A stretch of DNA of 64,000 nt from an uncultured Candidatus Saccharibacteria bacterium. Its GTDB lineage: Bacteria > Patescibacteriota > Minisyncoccia > Phycocordibacterales > UBA9973. Positions 57,966-64,000 of the stretch are shown here, in pieces (position 1 is the stretch's first letter; each line of letters begins with the position of its first letter). Both the position numbers and the translations under genes were made by a program. The notes beneath the pieces were generated by a model. That model was not told the DNA's origin and made no database searches. It saw only the letters and a list, made by a program, of their open reading frames with translations. The stretch covers positions 100,603-164,602 of the forward strand of contig CAYYNN010000001.1 of assembly GCA_964473175.1 (NCBI GenBank). The letters run 5' to 3'.

Positions 57966-58718
57966 TTATTTTTGAAATACAAACAAATGTTCGTGCATGA
58001 TAAGTAAGAAATTTGCCTCTTTTGATTTGTTTACCCAAAAACCCGTAGCCTTACAGTTGAATTGTCGCTTGATAATGTCTTCTTTGAGTAAGAACCCAGC
58101 TTTCAAAAACCTCTCCATCACTTTGAAAGCGAGTGGTTGGTACATTTTATTTCTTCTTGTATCTCCCATCAGTATCGCGCAATATTTCCCTGGTTTGAGT
58201 ACTCGATACAGTTCATGGGCCACCTTTTCCATTTCATCTGAAAATGCATCAATACTATGAATCCCTGATATATCTTCCGGGATTTTCCCTTCACTATATT
58301 TAATAATATCTGCATATGGCGGGTGGGTAAGGACAAAATCTATTTCATTATCCTTAATAAATTGTAAATCTCGAGCATCACCTTTGACTATTCTTTGCTT
58401 AGCTTTGTTATCTACTTCAAAGCCGACGGATTTTTTTGTTCGTTCAAGCGCCTCATTGTTTACATCTACACAAGTAATATGGCGATTGAGAATCTTGGCT
58501 TCTATAGCAGTAGTACCACCACCTATCATACAGTCGAGCAAATGATCGCCTTCTTTTGAATATCTCAATATTAGATTGCGCACTACTTCAGGTGCCCAGT
58601 TCCCTCGCCAATCTGATGCGTGTGTCGCCCAGTTCCCCCTCCGCGGAAAAGCCCAGACTGTAGTGCACTCCATTTCAAAATTTTCCGGATGAAGTTTTAG
58701 TTCTTTAGGCAAATTCAT
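57966..58718 (-). CDS. Amino (N4C/N6A) DNA methyltransferase
   Basis: DCMIGGGTT (motif I) followed by THPPY (motif IV); TTVWAFP.RGNWATH. Confidence 0.85.
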   Translation of the reverse strand: MNLPKELKLHPENFEMECTTVWAFPRRGNWATHASDWRGNWAPEVVRNLILRYSKEGDHLLDCMIGGGTTAIEAKILNRHITCVDVNNEALERTKKSVGFEVDNKAKQRIVKGDARDLQFIKDNEIDFVLTHPPYADIIKYSEGKIPEDISGIHSIDAFSDEMEKVAHELYRVLKPGKYCAILMGDTRRNKMYQPLAFKVMERFLKAGFLLKEDIIKRQFNCKATGFWVNKSKEANFLLIMHEHLFVFQK

Positions 58719-58734
58719 TTTTATTTATTATCAT

Positions 58735-59538
58735 CTAAATTTTTATTATATATTTTTTTGCCTTTATAATTTTCATCCCTAAACTAGATATTGTAGTATC
58801 TTGATCAAAATCATATGCCCAATATTCAATACAATCTCCTTTTGTTTCAGCTAACAAAACTAGAGAATAAACTTTTTTAGTCTTAAGAAGATTTTGCCAT
58901 TTGAGTAATGGAATAAGTACCTGGTTTATATCAAAGTCAGACTGTTTGAAGGAACTTTTCATTTCAACAATAACAACATCTTTAGCCCATTCGAAACCGC
59001 CATCTATTTCTATTTGAGCTTTTTTTACATCAACCATAACGCCATTAATAAGAATGTGAGTGTTTGCTCTCTGTCTTCCTCCTGTAAATAAAACTCCAGG
59101 ATCTTTTAGGTTATAGAAATCTGATATTAATCCTATATGATTTGCAATTGCAAGAAGTGTGGTTTCTCCTGGGTTTGACTTAGTTTTTAATGTATCCTTA
59201 ATCCCAATAAACATCCCCTCTGTCAGCGCATTTTTTGGTGGGAAAATACCACCGTTTTTTGGTTCTGAAAAATTAATACTTGGAGGACGAGCAGTTATTT
59301 TCCATGAATTTCTAGTTAATGGAAGCTTTGAAATTCCTCTTTTCTTAATTGCTAACAACTTCTCATGCTCATAGTGAAATATACGAATTTCTCCTTGTCC
59401 TGATTTTTTATATTTTGATAAAATAGGAATGAGATCTTCTTTTGTGTAAACAACAGAATCAACGCCTTTTATTCTATTATCCCAAATTTTCTCTAAAAGC
59501 TCTTCCCACGCTTTTTCTTTCCAAGAATCCTTTTTCAT
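58735..59538 (-). CDS. PD-(D/E)xK restriction endonuclease-like protein
   Basis: QIEIDGGFE..VIVEMK..Q catalytic signature; lies between two methyltransferases. Confidence 0.75.
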   Translation of the reverse strand: MKKDSWKEKAWEELLEKIWDNRIKGVDSVVYTKEDLIPILSKYKKSGQGEIRIFHYEHEKLLAIKKRGISKLPLTRNSWKITARPPSINFSEPKNGGIFPPKNALTEGMFIGIKDTLKTKSNPGETTLLAIANHIGLISDFYNLKDPGVLFTGGRQRANTHILINGVMVDVKKAQIEIDGGFEWAKDVVIVEMKSSFKQSDFDINQVLIPLLKWQNLLKTKKVYSLVLLAETKGDCIEYWAYDFDQDTTISSLGMKIIKAKKYIIKI

Positions 59539-59542
59539 ATAT

Positions 59543-60499
59543 TTAATAATTAGTTACCAAAACCTCAGTTATTTTCCCTCTCCCAGAGGCTTTTGAATTT
59601 ATAGCTCTTCCTGCAGAAACTTTGTTTATACGAATACCTTTAAGATTTGAATAGATTTTATTAATAAATGGTGTATCAGAATTTGAAAGCATCACAAAAC
59701 AACCCTTATTGCTTAACTCGACAAAAGTATCGCGGAGCTCTAGCTGTTCTTTATCCAAGAAAGATTCTTTGGTATACGACGTAAATGATGCAGTTTTACT
59801 TACTGGATAGTATGGTGGATCAAAATAGACGAAGTCACCCTTTTTTGCCTTTTTTAGTATAGCTTTATAATCTTGATGTTTAATTTCAATATTTTGCAAT
59901 GCGTTGGATACTCGTCGCAAATTTTCTGCATCACAAATCTTGGGATTAGTATATTTTCCAAATGGTACATTAAATCCCCCCTTACTATTTACTCGGTACA
60001 TACCATTAAAACAAGTACGGTTCAAAAAGATAAATCTCGAAGCAATAGCAAGATCTGTGAGTTTATTTGTATCTTGTGCACGAATCTTTAAAAAGTATTC
60101 TTTATCAGTTTTATGTTTTTTAAGCGAAATGATAAGTTTTTCTACATCATTTTTAATAGTGTTATATGTAACAACAAGCTCTTTGTTTAAATCTGATAGA
60201 AAACCATTTTGTGGAAGAAGATCAAAAAACACTGCGCCACCTCCAACAAACGGTTCAAAATATCTTCCTTTAGTGATATCAAATTTCTCTGGTGGGTATA
60301 GATTTAGTTTTCTAAACTGTTCTAGAAGTTGTCTCTTGCCTCCAACCCATTTTACAAAAGGTTTTGGCTTTTCGTTCAGAAATTGAGTCGCATATGCAAT
60401 AGGATCTTTATTCCCTGCTTGCAACAAAATATGCTGCGCCAAAATCGCATTTATATTAAAAGTCTCTTGTATAGCTCGAATATCCACCTTATTCGTCAT
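59543..60499 (-). CDS. Dam/DpnM-like N6-adenine DNA methyltransferase
   Basis: KWVGGKRQL, EPFVGGGAV, FNGMYRVN..FNVPFG, DPPY. Confidence 0.93.
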   Translation of the reverse strand: MTNKVDIRAIQETFNINAILAQHILLQAGNKDPIAYATQFLNEKPKPFVKWVGGKRQLLEQFRKLNLYPPEKFDITKGRYFEPFVGGGAVFFDLLPQNGFLSDLNKELVVTYNTIKNDVEKLIISLKKHKTDKEYFLKIRAQDTNKLTDLAIASRFIFLNRTCFNGMYRVNSKGGFNVPFGKYTNPKICDAENLRRVSNALQNIEIKHQDYKAILKKAKKGDFVYFDPPYYPVSKTASFTSYTKESFLDKEQLELRDTFVELSNKGCFVMLSNSDTPFINKIYSNLKGIRINKVSAGRAINSKASGRGKITEVLVTNY

Positions 60500-60537
60500 T
60501 AGTAGTATTTTACCACCATTTAACTGTTTTCCTATAT

Positions 60538-60933
60538 CTACCTATTCAACCACGTCACACTTAACTGCAACACCGTCGCAAAACTCACCCACGCTAGATA
60601 CGGAATATTGATCAAGGCAACCCACTTGATATGGGGATAGATCGCAACCATTGCCCAGACGAGCGTGATGAGGACAAGGAGGATGTCGATCGCGGCGAGG
60701 AAGTTGTTCTTGAGGCCGAACTGGAAGTAGGTAAAGGAGAAGTTGAAAATAAGGTTGAGGACAAATGGGAACGCGAGTATGCGTGGAAGCTCGCTGCGTA
60801 TCACCTTGAGAAATACGGTGCCAAAGCTCACCGTGATGAGTATATAGAGTACGGTCCATACCGGACCAAAGAGCCATGACGGTGGCGCCCATGAAGGACG
60901 GATGAGAGTCGAGTACCATGAGGACGAATTCAT
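60538..60933 (-). CDS. tspO: TspO/MBR tryptophan-rich sensory protein
   Basis: WY..L.RPSWAPPSWLFGPVWTVLY, PYLAWVSFA. Confidence 0.92.
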   Translation of the reverse strand: MNSSSWYSTLIRPSWAPPSWLFGPVWTVLYILITVSFGTVFLKVIRSELPRILAFPFVLNLIFNFSFTYFQFGLKNNFLAAIDILLVLITLVWAMVAIYPHIKWVALINIPYLAWVSFATVLQLSVTWLNR

Positions 60934-60983
60934 ACCTTTATAGTCCCACAAAATCAGTCTTTTTCATACTGTTTTTAATATAT

Positions 60984-61011
60984 TTGACATTTTATAATTA
61001 TTATGTAAAAT
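60984..61011 (+). promoter_or_regulatory. Sigma70-type promoter
   Basis: TTGACA-16 nt-TAAAAT. Confidence 0.7.
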
Positions 61012-61027
61012 ATAAAAAAACTTAACT

Positions 61028-61471
61028 ATGACACAAAAAGGATCATTACCCACCAAAGGTAAGATAGAGTTTGAGTTAAAAACAGAGCAATTAATGCTTT
61101 TCCAAAAAGGACTCCTCTCTAAGGTTGAAATTGAAGCAATCATATCTTTCCCTGAAAAACCTGAAATTTCAAGCAAAAGAATTCGATTCGAAGTTTTAAA
61201 CGTCTGGAGTCCAGAAGATAGTTCTCAAAAAACTACTTCTACTGCTACAGATGGGAATATGGGGAAAGCTACGCTTAATGGAATGCACCAGGCTCAAATT
61301 TACCTTGTCGACCACATACTTAGTAAGTCATGTTGGTCATTCACTGGAACACTGGTTGGCTCAAAGCAGATACCTATTGTTATCCAATACTATCAGTGCT
61401 TAAATTATGGAACCTACTGTTTTAAACCTGATAATATGGAGCTCAGTGAATTCAATTTCCGATTAAATTAA
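61028..61471 (+). CDS. Hypothetical protein (ORFan)
   Basis: 147-aa ORF bracketed by promoter and terminator. Confidence 0.65.
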   Translation: MTQKGSLPTKGKIEFELKTEQLMLFQKGLLSKVEIEAIISFPEKPEISSKRIRFEVLNVWSPEDSSQKTTSTATDGNMGKATLNGMHQAQIYLVDHILSKSCWSFTGTLVGSKQIPIVIQYYQCLNYGTYCFKPDNMELSEFNFRLN

Positions 61472-61478
61472 TTACTCC

Positions 61479-61507
61479 AATATCCGCCATTTTGGCGGAT
61501 ATTTTTT
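61479..61507. terminator. Terminator between convergent genes
   Basis: aatatccgcca-ttt-tggcggatatt followed by T tract. Confidence 0.75.
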
Positions 61508-63635
61508 ATGGATTAACATACGTCTTCTCTCGCAACACCCCAATCTCATCGCGGAGTATGGCTGCAGTCTCAAAGTCGAGCAACTTCACTGCTTCTTTCA
61601 TTTCTTCTTCTTTTATTTTTATAAGCTTCTCTATTGGATTCTTGCCTTTGGTCTTGCGCCCCTTCTGATCCTTTTCGATCTGTGCAAAGAGTTCGAGGTC
61701 GAGTGCGAGCTCGGCATTCACCGCCTTACTATGTTCGGTCTCCATGCCTTCGGTGATATCACGAATGACTTTGGAAATAGTTTTGGGAGTGATGCCGTGC
61801 TTTTTGTTATAGGCAAGCTGAATGTTGCGACGTCGAGTTGTTTCCTTGATCGCGCGTTCCATCGAGCCAGTCATGTTGTCCGCATAGAGGATGACGCGAC
61901 CGTTGGCATTGCGGGCTGCGCGACCTATCGTCTGGATAAGTGAGACTTCACTACGGAGGAATCCTTCTTTGTCTGCATCAAGTATCCCGATCAATGACAC
62001 TTCGGGCATATCGAGCCCTTCTCGCAGCAAGTTCACACCCACCAATATATCAAACTCGCCTTTGCGGAACTTGGTGATGATCTGGATGCGTTCGATCGTT
62101 TTGATATCGGAGTGCAGGTATTCGGCTTTTATTTTCTTGTCTTTGAGATAGGCGCTGAGGTCTTCGGCCATGCGTTTGGTCAATGTCGTTGCGAGCACGC
62201 GTCCACCACTTGCAATTTCTTTTTCTGCTTCAGCTATGAAGTCCTGGACTTGGCCTTTGTAGTCAGTCTTTGCTTGTGCTTCATCAGTATCAAGTATGCG
62301 TTCTGTCTCATCAGGACGAAATGCGATCGCACTGCCTTCGAGAATCGGCCGTACTTCGACCAGCGGGTCTACAAGCCCCGTCGGTCTGATGATCTGCTCC
62401 ACGACTTGCTCTGAGTGTTCTGCTTCGTATTTGCCTGGCGTTGCTGAGACAAATATGGTTTGACCAATGCGTTCCTTGAACTCTTCAAACTTGAGCGGTC
62501 GGTTGTCCTTGGCACTCGGCAAACGAAAACCAAACTCTACGAGCGTTTGTTTGCGTGATGCATCGCCTGCATACATGCCGCCGAGTTGTGGGATCGTCAC
62601 GTGACTTTCATCAATGAACAACATAAAGTCTGGCGAACCATCAGCCTTGTGCGGGAAATATGAAAGGAGTGTCTCTGGTGGTTCACCGACTGCTTTGCCT
62701 GATAGGTGGCGTGAGTAGTTCTCAATACCCGAGCAATATCCCATCTCGCGGATCATCGCGAGGTCATACGTAGTGCGACGCTTGATACGTTCACCTTCGA
62801 GCAACTTGCCTTCGAGTTCAAAATGTTTGAGCTGTTGGGCGAGCTCATGTGATATGTCTGCGACGGCGCGATCTTTTTCTTCTGAGTTGGTGATGAAGTG
62901 TTTTGCCGGGAATATGTATACAAAAGGCTCATCGTCTACCAATATCTTGGACGATACTGGATCAATCTTGATGATGGAGTTGACGACATTGCCCGTGAAG
63001 TCAATCTGATACATGATCGTGTCAGATATCGGCATGATGTCGATCTTGTTGCCGAGCGCTCTAAACGTCCCGCTCTCGAGATCTGCGGTGGTACGCGAGA
63101 ACTGTATCGAGATCAGTCGCTCCATGGCTTGCGTGCGCGAGAGCTTCATTCCTTTTTCTATTTTAAAATTTGTTTTTTCATACTCTACCGGAGATCCGAG
63201 ACCGTAGATGCACGATACTGACGCAACAATGATCACGTCTTTGCGTGTGAGCAGAGCTTGGGTGGTGGCATGACGTAGACGATCGATTTCTTTGTTGATC
63301 TGCGCGTCTTTTTCGATGAAGGTATCGGTGATCGGCATGTATGCCTCGGGTTGGTAGTAGTCGTAGTATGAGACGAAGTAGTGCACGACGTTGTCGGGGA
63401 AATAACTCTTGAACTCTTGGGCAAGTTGTGCGGCGAGTGTCTTGTTGTGTGCGATCACCAGTGTCGGCTTTTGCACTTCTTCGATAATGTTCGCCATCGT
63501 GAACGTCTTACCAGTCGCAGTTGCGCCGAGCAATGTCTGTAATTGCTTGCCGTCTTTGAGACCTTTCACGAGCTTTTTGATAGCTTCGGGCTGGTCCCCC
63601 GCTGGTTGGTATTCACCTGAGAGTTTGAATTGCAT
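61506..63635 (-). CDS. uvrB: Excinuclease ABC subunit B
   Basis: PAGDQP, GATATGKT, YFVSYYDYYQPEAY, DESH, QTIGRAAR, UVR domain; start MQFK at 63635. Confidence 0.98.
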   Translation of the reverse strand: MQFKLSGEYQPAGDQPEAIKKLVKGLKDGKQLQTLLGATATGKTFTMANIIEEVQKPTLVIAHNKTLAAQLAQEFKSYFPDNVVHYFVSYYDYYQPEAYMPITDTFIEKDAQINKEIDRLRHATTQALLTRKDVIIVASVSCIYGLGSPVEYEKTNFKIEKGMKLSRTQAMERLISIQFSRTTADLESGTFRALGNKIDIMPISDTIMYQIDFTGNVVNSIIKIDPVSSKILVDDEPFVYIFPAKHFITNSEEKDRAVADISHELAQQLKHFELEGKLLEGERIKRRTTYDLAMIREMGYCSGIENYSRHLSGKAVGEPPETLLSYFPHKADGSPDFMLFIDESHVTIPQLGGMYAGDASRKQTLVEFGFRLPSAKDNRPLKFEEFKERIGQTIFVSATPGKYEAEHSEQVVEQIIRPTGLVDPLVEVRPILEGSAIAFRPDETERILDTDEAQAKTDYKGQVQDFIAEAEKEIASGGRVLATTLTKRMAEDLSAYLKDKKIKAEYLHSDIKTIERIQIITKFRKGEFDILVGVNLLREGLDMPEVSLIGILDADKEGFLRSEVSLIQTIGRAARNANGRVILYADNMTGSMERAIKETTRRRNIQLAYNKKHGITPKTISKVIRDITEGMETEHSKAVNAELALDLELFAQIEKDQKGRKTKGKNPIEKLIKIKEEEMKEAVKLLDFETAAILRDEIGVLREKTYVNP

Positions 63636-63663
63636 ATGTGCATTATATAGAAGTAGGAACTTA

Positions 63664-63691
63664 TTGACAAATAGATTTTTTAATATATAGT
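63664..63691 (+). promoter_or_regulatory. Sigma70-type promoter
   Basis: TTGACA-16 nt-TATAGT. Confidence 0.65.
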
Positions 63692-63717
63692 AATAGAAAT
63701 TTAAAAAAATAATAGTT

Positions 63718-63921
63718 ATGAAAAAAAAGAAAAATAAGGTTGTAGTTTCAAAAGACAATTTGAAACTACCCGAGGAAACAACAAATTCTAAAATGATACA
63801 AGATGGAGGAATTGAATTTTTTATCCCAGAAACAGAACACTCAGAAGTTTTTCTTTTCAATGACCATTTAAACGAGGGCTTAACAAATGGAATTGCTGCT
63901 TTACGTATTCCTAATGACTAA
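63718..63921 (+). CDS. Small hypothetical protein (ORFan)
   Basis: 67-aa ORF bracketed by promoter and terminator. Confidence 0.5.
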   Translation: MKKKKNKVVVSKDNLKLPEETTNSKMIQDGGIEFFIPETEHSEVFLFNDHLNEGLTNGIAALRIPND

Positions 63922-63940
63922 ATTATTATCCATTAGTAAC

Positions 63941-63970
63941 AAACGCTACTTTTATAAGGTGGCTTTTTTT
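63941..63970 (+). terminator. Intrinsic terminator
   Basis: gctactt-ttat-aaggtggc imperfect stem followed by T7. Confidence 0.55.
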
Positions 63971-64000
63971 ATTTCTTATAATACCTCTCCACAAACTCCT

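Noticed and set aside
61506-63860. Long N-terminal extensions given by the ORF track for uvrB (also lepA, rplM, rpsD, uvrA)
   Set aside because: Extensions are low-complexity or overlap neighbouring genes; homology and upstream -10 boxes point to downstream ATGs
1-64000. Alternative genetic code (TGA recoding as in some CPR lineages)
   Set aside because: Core genes are full length under code 11 with no in-frame TGA, and TGA serves as a stop in several genes

Overview
A 64-kb, mostly housekeeping chromosomal segment of a small-genome bacterium using genetic code 11. A Patescibacteria/CPR (Parcubacteria-like) origin is inferred from truncated core proteins, CPR-typical conserved hypothetical proteins and few Shine-Dalgarno motifs. 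It holds the distal ribosomal cluster (infA-rpmJ-rpsM-rpsK-rpsD-rpoA-rplQ-rplM-rpsI), alaS/valS/leuS, mnmA, tsaD, frr, lepA, division and wall genes (mreB, ftsA, ftsZ, ftsB, mltG, murJ, a divergent ddl), priA, uvrA/B/C, nth, four tRNAs (Val, Glu, Phe, Arg), two GT4 glycosyltransferases, an AT-rich three-gene restriction-modification cassette and about ten AT-rich single-gene ORFan units. No CRISPR array, rRNA, transposase, integrase or prophage was seen. The most notable signals are: (1) a 14-aa Trp-Trp leader peptide plus terminator, like a trp attenuator, in front of leuS; (2) a structured ~100-bp insert duplicating the 3' end of tRNA-Val, built from the same GA-capped mini-hairpins as a second element between rpsU and ybeY; (3) pervasive leaderless-type promoters; (4) an FtsA-like/baseplate-J-like gene pair; (5) a Ddl homologue with substituted catalytic motifs. 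All product calls come from motif recognition by eye; no searches were run.
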